DNA from: Anaeramoeba ignava BMAN
Lineage: Eukaryota > Protista > Anaeramoebae
Direction: 5' to 3'
DNA length: 64,000 nucleotides
Assembly (NCBI GenBank): GCA_028826165.1
Contig: JAPDFW010000105.1
Span: 124,001 to 188,000, forward strand
Shown here: positions 1 to 11,800 of the stretch, piece by piece
Numbering within the stretch: position 1 is the stretch's first letter
How the letters are laid out: every line of letters starts with the position of its first letter
Made by a program: the position numbers and the translations under genes
The notes under the pieces: generated by a model
What the model saw: the letters and a program-made list of their open reading frames with translations, nothing else
Told to the model about the DNA's origin: nothing
The model's database searches: none

Positions 1-2457
1 TTGTTTATTAAAGCAGGACTTGATATCAATGCGAAAAATGACAATGGACAAACACCTTTAACAATAGCGTCAGAATTCCAAAAAGAAAATCTGAACGAGA
101 TTATCCAGTTGGTGGATCAAAACACGAATTCAAACGCCTTTCAAATGGAAGAAACAGCATTTACTCTGCACCAAATCTGCGAAAATTTGAACGAGAAATC
201 AATCAACTTGATCAACACATTGATCCAAAAGGGATCCAATGTCAATGCAAAAAACAATAAAAATCAAACACCTCTGCATTTGGTTTTCCAGCCTCAAAAC
301 CAGGACTTTCTCCAAGTCGCCAAGCTTCTTTTTGAAAATGGCGCTGATCCTAACTTGAAGGATGGCAACAACGAAACAATTCTGCATCTAGCTTGCGAAT
401 ATCAGCACAAAAATCCAGTCGAAATTATCAAATTGCTTCTTGGCAAAGGAGTTGATATCAACGCAAAAAATAACCAAAACGAAACCGCTTTGCACAAAGC
501 CTGCCAATACCAACAATCCCAAAACACATTCGAGGTGATCACTTTGCTGATTGAAAACGGCGCAGATGTCGCCTGTAAAACTAGCGAAAACACCACATGC
601 CTGCATCTTATTTTCCAGTATCAGAAATGCCGATATCTTTTCGGAATTACGCAACTTCTTATCCAAAAGGGAGTCGATATCAATGCGCAAAACTACAAAA
701 ACGAAACAGCATTGCATTTTGTGTGCCATTACCAGAACGAAGACAATGCGCTGCAAGTGATTGAATACTTAATTTCAAGAAACATCCAAATCAATGCGTT
801 GAACAAAAGAAATCAAACAGCGTTGCACCACATCTGCCAATACCACCAACAAAAACCATATGAGATCATCAAACTACTCATCGGAAAAGGGATTGATATC
901 CATGCCAAGAACAATATAAACGGCGAATCAGCCTTGCACACTGCTTGCATATACCAGAGGCACAAAATACTCGAGATTGTTCAGCTATTCATCGAAAATG
1001 GAGCAGATATCAATTCAACAAACCGCAACAACCAGACACCCCTGCTCCTCATTTTCCAGCAGCAACAGCAACTCCAGTTCAATAGAAGCATCCAGTATTC
1101 TTTGATCCAAATCACTCAGTATCTGATCGCAAAAGGAGCGGATCTTAATATCCAAACAAAAGACCGAAATCAAACCCTTTTGCACTTGATTTTCGAATTC
1201 CACAACCAAGAAAACTTGCTTGAGATCTTGGAACTGTTGATCCAAAGCGGGATTGACATCAATTCACCTGATATCGATGGACAGACACCCTTGCATTTGG
1301 CTTGCCAAAACAAACACGACAACGCACTTGAAATCATCGATTATTTATTCGGACATGGAGCCAATCCAAACTCCAAAAACGCGAAGAAACAAACACCTTT
1401 GCATTTAATATTCCAAAACCAAAAACCAAATTTAATCCCCATTCTCGAATCTTTTCTTGAAAACGGAGCAGATCCAAACTCAAAAAGCAATCAAGGACAG
1501 ACACCTTTGCACTTGTCAATACAAGAAAACGATCCGAAGTTAATCAAATTATTATTAATGAACGACGCAAATATATTTGATTTGGAAGAATGCGAAATTC
1601 CTCAAGAAGTTCTTGATATTTTCCCCAAAATATATTCCATCAACGAAGACATGAACAATTTATTGAAATCACACCATTTTTCAGACGTATCGGTTCAATC
1701 AAAAGATGGCTCCAAATTCAACGCTCACAAACTGATTCTTTTGACAAGATTCGATGAAGACGAAAAGCTCTTACAGGATTTTATCGAGAATTGCAGCCAA
1801 TCAACAAAAGAAGAAATCCAAATTGCTCTGAATTTTCTTTATACCGGATTTTATGATTTTGCGGATTTCATGCAAAGATTCCAAAATATGATCACATACA
1901 CATTCGAGTTTTCTCAGCTAAAAACTAAATACTATCAAAACCAAATCTCACAAGATGAATTCGATGACCAAATGATCACTTTGAAATCTTTGCAGGATAT
2001 CGACAAAGAAACCGAGAAGACACAGCATAAATTAATGCTCAATTTGTTTTATAAAATTCGCATTGATTCCAAATGGATCGAATCCAAAAAAGGAAGAAAA
2101 GGAATCATAAAGGATTTCCATAAATTATTCCAAAACGAAGCATCAAAAGATTTCACAATAATCATCTCAGAAGAAAAGCAAAATGTGAAAAAAATAAAAA
2201 TTCATCAGTTGATTTTAATCATAAGAAGTCGCTTATTCAGGGAAATGTTTTTGAGAGTCAAAGAAAAGCAAAACAAAGCCCACGATTATTCAAGAAAATC
2301 ATTTGAAACAATTAACCAATTAATTTACTTTTTTTATCATGATGAGTTTGAAAAAGCAAATTTAAATCAACAAATTCTCCACGAATCTCAAGATATCAAA
2401 AAATATTTTAAACTGAATCCAAATTCAATAATTGATTTATTTTTAAAAGATTTTTAA
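1..2457 (+). CDS. Ankyrin-repeat protein with C-terminal tandem BTB/POZ-like domains (5' partial, intronless within window)
   Basis: Repeats of TPLHxxC...LIENGADIN type; C-terminal FSDVSVQSKDGSKFNAHKLILLTRF...LNFLYTG and KDFTIII...IHQLILIIRSRLFREMF...LIYFFYHD BTB motifs; the reading frame is open to the window edge. Confidence 0.9.
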   Translation: MFIKAGLDINAKNDNGQTPLTIASEFQKENLNEIIQLVDQNTNSNAFQMEETAFTLHQICENLNEKSINLINTLIQKGSNVNAKNNKNQTPLHLVFQPQNQDFLQVAKLLFENGADPNLKDGNNETILHLACEYQHKNPVEIIKLLLGKGVDINAKNNQNETALHKACQYQQSQNTFEVITLLIENGADVACKTSENTTCLHLIFQYQKCRYLFGITQLLIQKGVDINAQNYKNETALHFVCHYQNEDNALQVIEYLISRNIQINALNKRNQTALHHICQYHQQKPYEIIKLLIGKGIDIHAKNNINGESALHTACIYQRHKILEIVQLFIENGADINSTNRNNQTPLLLIFQQQQQLQFNRSIQYSLIQITQYLIAKGADLNIQTKDRNQTLLHLIFEFHNQENLLEILELLIQSGIDINSPDIDGQTPLHLACQNKHDNALEIIDYLFGHGANPNSKNAKKQTPLHLIFQNQKPNLIPILESFLENGADPNSKSNQGQTPLHLSIQENDPKLIKLLLMNDANIFDLEECEIPQEVLDIFPKIYSINEDMNNLLKSHHFSDVSVQSKDGSKFNAHKLILLTRFDEDEKLLQDFIENCSQSTKEEIQIALNFLYTGFYDFADFMQRFQNMITYTFEFSQLKTKYYQNQISQDEFDDQMITLKSLQDIDKETEKTQHKLMLNLFYKIRIDSKWIESKKGRKGIIKDFHKLFQNEASKDFTIIISEEKQNVKKIKIHQLILIIRSRLFREMFLRVKEKQNKAHDYSRKSFETINQLIYFFYHDEFEKANLNQQILHESQDIKKYFKLNPNSIIDLFLKDF

Positions 2458-2532
2458 ATTCCAAAAAAAAAAAAATAATAATTAATTAATTAATTAATTT
2501 TTCATTTTTCTTTTCTTTAAAAAATAAATAAA

Positions 2533-5500
2533 ATGAATTCTTTACAAAAAGAATTGTTTAATGCTTGCGAAAAACAATCACTTGAAAATATCCAATCCTT
2601 AATTGAAAAAGGGGCTGATGTTAATTCAGTAACACTTTTCCATGAAACAGCTTTGCATTTTGCCTGCAAGAATCAAAATCCAAAAACATCGTTTGAAATT
2701 ATCAAATATCTTATTGAAAAGGGAATTTCAATAAATTCAAAAACAGAAGAAGATGAAACACCTTTGCATTTTGCTTGCCAATTCCAAAATTCACTTGAAA
2801 TTGTGAAGTATCTTGTGGAGAAAGGTGCGCATGTGAACGCAAAAACAGCTTATAATGAAACAACTCTGCACTTTGTTTGTCAAAACCAGAACCCAGTTTC
2901 TTTCGATATTTTCAAGTTTCTTTTCGAAAATGAAGTTGAAAAAATTCGGAATTATCGATATTTTGAAGAAGAACCATTTATACATTTTCTTTGTCAACAA
3001 ACAAACCCAAAAACTTTGGAATTTATCAAGTTTCTTGTTGAAAAGGGAGAACATGTTGATATTGGAAATGAAGAAGATGAAACACCTTTGCATTTTGTTT
3101 GCGAATTCCAAAACTCGATTGAAATTATCGAATATCTTGTTGAAAATGGAATTGATATTAATTCAAAAACAATTGATAATGAAACTGCTTTACATTTTGC
3201 TTGTCTAAATCAAAACACAAATTCTTTGGAAATTATCAAATATCTTATTGAAAATGGAATGGATATCAATTCAAAAACAACATATAATGAAACTCCTCTG
3301 CATTTTGCTTGCAGAAACCAAAATCCATCAATCGAAACTATCAAATATCTTATTGAAAAAGGAGCAGATCTTAAAGCAAAAACAAAACAAAAAGAAACTG
3401 CTTTGCATATTACTTGTAAATATCAAAACTCACTTGAAATTGTCGAATATCTTGTTGGAAAAGGGATTGTTATTAATGCCAAAACAAATGAAAACGATAC
3501 TGCTTTGCATTGCGCATTTGAAAACCAAAATACATCTTTCGACATTATTAAATATCTTATTGAAAAAAAAGCCAAAATCAAGATCATCAACAATAGAAAA
3601 GAAACAGTGCTACATTACGCTTGCGGAGATCACAACCAGAAATCTCTTGATATTATCAAGCTTCTGATCAAAAAAGGATGCAAAATTAATGCAAAAACAG
3701 AAGGAGGTGAAACTCCTTTATATTTTGCTTGCCAGAATCCAAGTCCGCATTCTTCTGATGTTATTAAATTTCTCATTGAAAAAAAAGCCAAAGTGAATAT
3801 CAAAAACGAGAGCCAAGAAACGCCTTTGCATTTTGCTTGTCAACACCAAAAGCAAAATTCACTTCAAACGATCAAGCTTCTGATCTCAAAAAAACCCGAA
3901 ATCAATCTTGCATCAGCTTCAGAAAAATCAACAGCTTTGCACTTAGTTTGCCGATTCCAAAAAGAAAATACATTGGAAATTATTAAATTCATGATTGAAA
4001 ACGGGAGTGTTCTGAATTGCGAAAATAAGAATAAAGAAACACCTTTACACTTAGTTTGCCGATTCCAAAAAGAAAATACATTGGAAATTATTAAATATCT
4101 TATTGAAAAAGGAATTAATATTAATTCAAAAACAAAATATAACGAAACAGCTCTTCATTTAGTTTGCAGATATCAAAATCACAACATACTTGAAATTATC
4201 AAATATCTAATTGAAAAAGGGATCGATATCAATTCAAAAACAATTCATGAAGAAAATCCCTTGAATTTTGCTTGTAACAATAGAAATATTTCAATTGAAA
4301 TTATTAAATATTTAATTGAAAATGGAATTGATATCAATTCAAAAACAAATTGGAATGAAAACCCATTGATTTCTGCTTGTCAAAACCAACTTCCATTTGA
4401 AGTTATCAAATATTTCATTGAAAAAGGAGCAAACATTAATATTCATTCAAAAACTGCAAAAGAGTCACTTTTGCATTTGATTTGCCGAAATGAATACGAA
4501 AAAAAGCAAATAAAATTTGAAATTATTAAATATCTAATTGAAAAAGGAATTGATATTAATTCAAAAACAGAATATAATGAAACTGCTTTACATATTGAAT
4601 GCAAAAATAGAAATATTTCCATTGGAATTATTAAATATCTTATTGAAAATGAAATTGATATCAATTCAAAAACAACATATAATGAAACTGCTTTACATAT
4701 TGCTTGTAAAAATAAAAATGAAAATATTTCCATTCAAGTTATAAAATATCTTATTGAAAAAGGAATTGATATTAATTCAAAAACAAAATATAATGAAACA
4801 GCTCTTTCAATTTCAGTGAAAAACAAAAACAAAGAATTAATCAAATTATTATTAATGAATGATGCAAATATTTTTGATTTGAAACAAAACCAAATTACAA
4901 AACAAATTATTGAAATTGGAATGAAAATTTATTCAATTAATCAAGATTTAAACAATTTATTAAAATCAAATGAAGATAATAATTTTTCAAATTTACAAAT
5001 TCAATCAAATGATGGTTTCAAATTTAATGTTCATAAATTAATTTTATTAACAAGATTTGATAATAATGAAACAGATTTAAACAAATTTATTAATATTTGT
5101 CAATCAAAAAAAACAAAAGAAGAAGTTGAACTTTCATTAAATTTTCTTTATTCAGGATTTTATGATTTTCAACAAATTTATCAAAAATTAAATTCAGAAT
5201 ATTTTGAAGATCAATCTAAAAATTATTCTGATTATGATTATGATTCTGATTCTGACGTGATTATTTCAGAAAAAATATCTGAAAAAAATATTCAAAATAA
5301 AAATGAAGAAAAGATGAAAGAAAAAGAAAATAAAATAACCAAATTATTTAAAGAAATTGGATTTGATTCAAATTGGATTGAAAGTAAAAAAGGAAGAAAA
5401 GGAATAATAAAAGATTTATCAAAATTATATAAACAAAATGAAACAAAAGATTTTACAATAATAATTTCAAAAGAAAAAGGAATTAAAGTTCATAAATTAA

Positions 5501-5727
5501 TATTAATATTAAGAAGTGAATTATTTAAAGGAATGTTTTTAAATGTTCAAGATTCATCAAATCAAGTTCATGATTATTCACAAAAATCATTTAAAACAAT
5601 TCAACAATTAATTTATTTTCTTTATCATGATAAATTTGAATTTGAAAATGAAATTAATGAAGAATTTTCAGATTTAAAAGATTATTTTCAATTAAATCAA
5701 AATTCAATAATTGATTTTTATTATTAA
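2533..5727 (+). CDS. Ankyrin-repeat (~20 repeats) + tandem BTB protein, 1064 aa, intronless
   Basis: ETALHFAC...IIKYLIEKGxxINSKT repeats; two BTB-like segments (FNVHKLILLTRF; KVHKLILILRSELFKGMF); TTTTTCATTTTT upstream of the ATG. Confidence 0.93.
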   Translation: MNSLQKELFNACEKQSLENIQSLIEKGADVNSVTLFHETALHFACKNQNPKTSFEIIKYLIEKGISINSKTEEDETPLHFACQFQNSLEIVKYLVEKGAHVNAKTAYNETTLHFVCQNQNPVSFDIFKFLFENEVEKIRNYRYFEEEPFIHFLCQQTNPKTLEFIKFLVEKGEHVDIGNEEDETPLHFVCEFQNSIEIIEYLVENGIDINSKTIDNETALHFACLNQNTNSLEIIKYLIENGMDINSKTTYNETPLHFACRNQNPSIETIKYLIEKGADLKAKTKQKETALHITCKYQNSLEIVEYLVGKGIVINAKTNENDTALHCAFENQNTSFDIIKYLIEKKAKIKIINNRKETVLHYACGDHNQKSLDIIKLLIKKGCKINAKTEGGETPLYFACQNPSPHSSDVIKFLIEKKAKVNIKNESQETPLHFACQHQKQNSLQTIKLLISKKPEINLASASEKSTALHLVCRFQKENTLEIIKFMIENGSVLNCENKNKETPLHLVCRFQKENTLEIIKYLIEKGININSKTKYNETALHLVCRYQNHNILEIIKYLIEKGIDINSKTIHEENPLNFACNNRNISIEIIKYLIENGIDINSKTNWNENPLISACQNQLPFEVIKYFIEKGANINIHSKTAKESLLHLICRNEYEKKQIKFEIIKYLIEKGIDINSKTEYNETALHIECKNRNISIGIIKYLIENEIDINSKTTYNETALHIACKNKNENISIQVIKYLIEKGIDINSKTKYNETALSISVKNKNKELIKLLLMNDANIFDLKQNQITKQIIEIGMKIYSINQDLNNLLKSNEDNNFSNLQIQSNDGFKFNVHKLILLTRFDNNETDLNKFINICQSKKTKEEVELSLNFLYSGFYDFQQIYQKLNSEYFEDQSKNYSDYDYDSDSDVIISEKISEKNIQNKNEEKMKEKENKITKLFKEIGFDSNWIESKKGRKGIIKDLSKLYKQNETKDFTIIISKEKGIKVHKLILILRSELFKGMFLNVQDSSNQVHDYSQKSFKTIQQLIYFLYHDKFEFENEINEEFSDLKDYFQLNQNSIIDFYY

Positions 5728-5808
5728 ATTAAAATTAAAAAAATTAAAAATTTTTAATTAAAAAAGAGGAAAAAGCAAAAAAAATATTTTTCATTTTTCA
5801 TTTTTAAA

Positions 5809-8800
5809 ATGAATTTAATTAAAAAAGCAATTAAAGAAAATAATAAAGAATATTTAAAACAAATTGAAAACATTTCAAAACAAGAAATTAAAAAAGAAAA
5901 CAAACCAATTTTACATTTTGCAATTGAAAATAAAGTTTCAAAAGAAATAATTGAAATTTTAATTTCTAAAGGTTTAAATCCAAATTCTGTTGATGAATTA
6001 GGAAGAAATTCATTTCATATTGCAATTATCAATAATTCAACAAATGATATTCTTGAACTTTTACTTTCTAAAGGAATTAATATCAATTCAAAAACAATCA
6101 AAACAAAATTTCTTTCAACTTTTCAATTTGGTTTAAAAGAAGTAATTCAATATATCATTAATAACAAAATTGATATTGATACAAAAGAATTTATCAAAGA
6201 AACCAAAATACAAATTCCATCAGAATATCAAAATTCAATACTTGAACTAATAAAATATACAGATTCACATCATATCGATATTGATCCAAATATATTCATA
6301 AATAAAAATGCTTTACATTTTGCTTGTTATAATGAAAATATTTCCATTCAAATTATCAAATATCTTATTGAAAATGGAATTGATATTAATTCAAAAACAA
6401 ATGATAATGAAACTGCTTTACATTTTGCTTGTGAAAATGAAAATATTTCCATTGAAATTATCAAATATCTTATTGAAAATGGAATTGATATTAATTCAAA
6501 AACAAAACGAAATGAAACTGCTTTACATATTGCTTGTTTCAATAAAAATATTTCCTTTCAAATTATTAAATATTTAATTGAAAAAGGAATTGATATTAAT
6601 TCAAAAACAAAATATCATGAAACAGCTTTACATTTTGCTTGTAAAAATAAAAATATTTCTATTGAAATTATCAAATATCTTATTGAAAAAGGAATTGATA
6701 TTAATTCAAAAACAAATGATAATAAAACTGCTTTACATATTGCTTGTTACAATGAAAATATTTCCTTTGAAATTATTAAATATCTTATTGAAAATGGAAT
6801 TGATATTAATTCAAAAACAGATTGGAATTTAAATGCTTTACAATTTGTTTGTGCTAATAAAAATATTTCCATTCAAATTATTAAATATCTAATTGAAAAT
6901 GAAATTGATATTAATTCAAAAACAGAATATAATGCAACAGCTTTACATCTTGCTTGTAGAAATGAAAATATTTCCATTCAAATTATTAAATATCTTATTG
7001 AAAATGGAATTGATATAAAATCAAAAACAGAATATCATAATTCAACTGCTTTACATTATGCTTGTCAAAATGAAAATGAAAATATTTCCATTGAAATTAT
7101 TAAATATCTTATTGAAAATGGAATTGATATCAATTCAAAAACAAAATATCATAATGAAACTGCTTTACATTTTGCTTGTTACAATAAAAATATTTCCATT
7201 GAAATTATTAAATATCTTATTGAAAATGGAATTGATATTAATTCAAAAACAAAATATAATGAAACTGCTTTACATATTGCTTGTAAAAATGAAAATATTT
7301 CCATTGAAATTATCAAATATCTTATTGAAAATGGAATTGATATTAATTCAAAAACAAATAATAATAATGAAACTGCTTTACATATTGCTTGTAAAAATAT
7401 AAATATTTCCATTGAAATTATTAAATATCTAATTGAAAATGGAATTGATATCAATTCAAAAACAAATAATAATAATGCAACAGCTTTATATTATGCTTGT
7501 AGAAATTTCAATATTTCGATTCAAATTATTAAATATCTAATTGAAAATGGAATTGATATTAATTCAAAAACAAAAAATAACGAAAATGCTTTACATATTG
7601 CTTGTCTAAATGGAAATATTTCCATTGAAATTATCAAATATCTAATTGAAAAAGGAAATGATATTAATTCAAAAACAAAAAATAACGAAAATGCTTTATA
7701 TTTTGCTTGTAAAAGTTTCAATCCTTCCATTGAAATTATTAAATATCTTATTGAAAATGGAATTGATATTAATTCAAAAACAAATCGGAATAATGAAACT
7801 GCTTTACATATTGCTTGTAAAAATGAAAATATTTCGATTCAAATTATTAAATATCTTATTGAAAATGGAATTGATATTAATTCAAAAACAAAATATCATA
7901 ATGAAACAGCTTTACATCTTGCTTGTAGAAATGAAAATATTTCCATTCAAATTATTAAATATCTTATTGAAAAAGGAATTGATATTAATTCAAAAACAAA
8001 TAATAATGAATCTGCTTTACATATTGCTTGTGAAAATAAAAATATTTCGATTGAAATTATTAAATATCTTATTGAAAATGGAATTGATATTAATTCAAAA
8101 ATAAATGATAATCAAACTGATTTACATATTGTTTGTGAAAATAAAAATATTTCCATTCAAATTATTAAATATTTAATTGAAAATGGAATTGATATTAATT
8201 CAAAAACAAAAGATAATAATAAAACTGCTTTACATATTGCTTGTTTCAATAGAAATATTTCCATTCAAATTATCAAATATTTAATTGAAAATGGAATTGA
8301 TATCAATTCAAAAACAAATGATAATGAAACTGCTTTACATATTGTTTGTGAAAATAAAAATATTTCCATTCAAATTATTAAATATTTAATTGAAAATGGA
8401 ATTGATATCAATTCAAAAACAAATAATAATGAAACAGCTTTACATATTGCTTGCAAAAATAAAAATATTTCCATTGAAATTATCAAATATTTAATTGAAA
8501 ATGGAATTGATATTAATTCAAAAACAAAATATCATAATGAAACAGCTTTACATATTGTTTGTAAAAATGAAAATATATCCATTCAAATTATTAAATATCT
8601 AATTGAAAATGGAATTGATATCAATTCAAAAACAAATCGGAATAATGAAACTTCTTTACATATTGCTTGTAAAAATGAAAATATTTCGATTCAAATTATT
8701 AAATATCTAATTGAAAATGGAATTGATATTAATTCAAAAACAAAAGATAATAATGAAACTGCTTTACATATTGCTTGTGAAAATGAAAATATTTCTATTG

Positions 8801-11800
8801 AAATTATTAAATATCTAATTAAAAATGGAATTGATATCAATTCAAAAACAGATGATAATAATGAAACAGCTTTACATATTGCTTGTTTCAATAAAAATAT
8901 TTCTATTCAAATTATTAAATATCTAATTGAAAATGGAATTGATATCAATTCAAAAACAAATGATAATAAAACTGCTTTACATATTGCTTGTGAAAATAAA
9001 AATATTTCCATTCAAATTATTAAATATCTAATTGAAAAAGGAATTGATATTAATTCAAAAACAAAATATAATAATAAAACTGCTTTACATATTGCTTGTA
9101 AAAATGAAAATATTTCTATTGAAATTATTAAATATCTAATTGAAAATGGAATTGATATTAATTCAAAAACAAAAGATAATAATAAAACTGCTTTACATAT
9201 TGCTTGTTTCAATAGAAATATTTCCATTCAAATTATCAAATATTTAATTGAAAATGGAATTGATATCAATTCAAAAACAAATGATAATGAAACTGCTTTA
9301 CATATTGCTTGTGAAAATATAAATATTTCCATTCAAATTATTAAATATCTAATTAAAAATGGAATTGATATTAATTCAAAAACAGAAGGTAATAAAACTG
9401 CTTTACATATTGCTTGTGAAAATGAAAATATTTCCATTGAAATTATTAAATATTTAATTGAAAATGGAATTGATATCAATTCAAAAACAGATGATAATAA
9501 TGAAACAGCTTTACATATTGCTTGTAAAAATGAAAATATATCCATTCAAATTATTAAATATTTAATTGAAAATGGAATTGATATTAATTCAAAAAAAAAA
9601 GATAGCGATGAAATTGTTTTACATATTGCTTGTTATAATGAAAATATTTCTATTGAAATTATTAAATATCTAATTGAAAATGGAATTGATATTAATTCAA
9701 AAACAAAAGATAATAATGAAACTGCTTTACATATTGCTTGTTTCAATAAAAATATTTCTATTCAAATTATTAAATATCTAATTGAAAAAGGAATTGATAT
9801 CAATTCAAAAACAAATGATAATAAAACTGCTTTACATATTGTTTGTGAAAATAAAAATATTTCCATTCAAATTATTAAATATTTAATTGAAAATGGAATT
9901 GATATCAATTCAAAAACAAATAATAATGAAACAGCTTTACATATTGCTTGCAAAAATAAAAATATTTCCATTGAAATTATCAAATATTTAATTGAAAATG
10001 GAATTGATATTAATTCAAAAACAAATGATAATAATGAAACTGCTTTACATATTGCTTGTAAAAATGAAAATATTTCGATTCAAATTATCAAATATCTTAT
10101 TGAAAATGAAATTGATATTAATTCAAAAACAAATGATAATAATGAAACAGCTTTACATATTGAATGCAAAAAAGAAAATCCATCATTTGAAATTATTAAA
10201 TATCTTATTGAAAATGAAATTGATATTAATTCAAAAACAAAATATCATAATGAAACAGCTTTACATATTGAATGCAAAAAAGGAAATCCATCATTTGAAA
10301 TTATTAAATATCTAATTGAAAATGGAATTGATATTAATTCAAAAACAAAAGATAATAATGAAACTGCTTTACATTTTGCTTGTAAAAATGAAAATATTTC
10401 GATTCAAATTATTAAATATTTAATTGAAAATGGAATTGATATTAATTCAAAAACAAAAGATAATAATGAAACTGCTTTACATATTGAATGCAAAAAAGAA
10501 AATCCATCATTTGAAATTATTAAATATCTTATTGAAAATGGAATTGATATTAATTCAAAAACAAATAATAATAATGAAACTGCTTTACATATTGCTTGTG
10601 AAAATGAAAATATTTCTATTCAAATTATTAAATATGTAATTGAAAATGGAATTGATATTAATTCAAAAACAACAAAATATAATAAAACTGCTTTACATAT
10701 TGCTTGTAAAAGTTTCAATCCTTCCATTGAAATTATTAAATATCTTATTGAAAATGGAATTGATATTAATTCAAAAACATATGATAATGAAACTGCTTTA
10801 CATATTGCTTGTAAAAATGAAAATATTTCCATTGAAATTATTAAATATCTAATTGAAAATGGAATTGATATCAATTCAAAAACAGAATATAATAATGAAA
10901 CTGCTTTACATCTTGCTTGTAAAAATGAAAATATTTCTATTGAAATTATTAAATATCTTATTGAAAAAGGAATTGATATTAATTCAAAAACAAAATGGAA
11001 TAATGAAACAGCTTTACATATTGCTTGTAAAAATGAAAATATTTCCATTGAAATTATTAAATATTTAATTGAAAATGGAATTGATATCAATTCAAAAACA
11101 AAATATAATGAAACTGCTTTACATATTGCTTGTGAAAATAAAAATATTTCCATTGAAATTATTAAATATCTAATTGAAAATGGAATTGATATTAATTCAA
11201 AAACAAATAATAATAAAACTGCTTTACATATTGCTTGTAAAAATAAAAATATTTCCATTCAAATTATTAAATATCTTATTGAAAATGAAATTGATATTAA
11301 TTCAAAAACAAAATATAATGAAACTGCTTTACATATTGCTTGCCAAAATTCAAATATTTCCATTCAAATTATTAAATATCTTATTGAAAATGGAATTGAT
11401 ATTAATTCAAAAACAAAATATAATGAAACTGCTTTACATATTGCTTGTAAAAATAAAAATATTTCCATTCAAATTATTAAATATCTTATTGAAAATGGAA
11501 TTGATATTAATTCAAAAACAAATGATAATGATGAAACTGCTTTACATATTGAATACAAAAAAGAAAATCCATCATTTGAAATTATTAAATTATTAATTGA
11601 AAATGGAATTGATATCAATTCAAAAACAAAATGGAATAATGATGAAACAGTTTTACATATTGAATGCAAAAAAGAAAATTCATCATTTGAAATTATTAAA
11701 TTATTAATTGAAAATGGAATTGATATTAATTCAAAAACAAAATGGAATAATGAAACTGCTTTACATATTGCTTGTGAAAATAAAAATATTTCCATTGAAA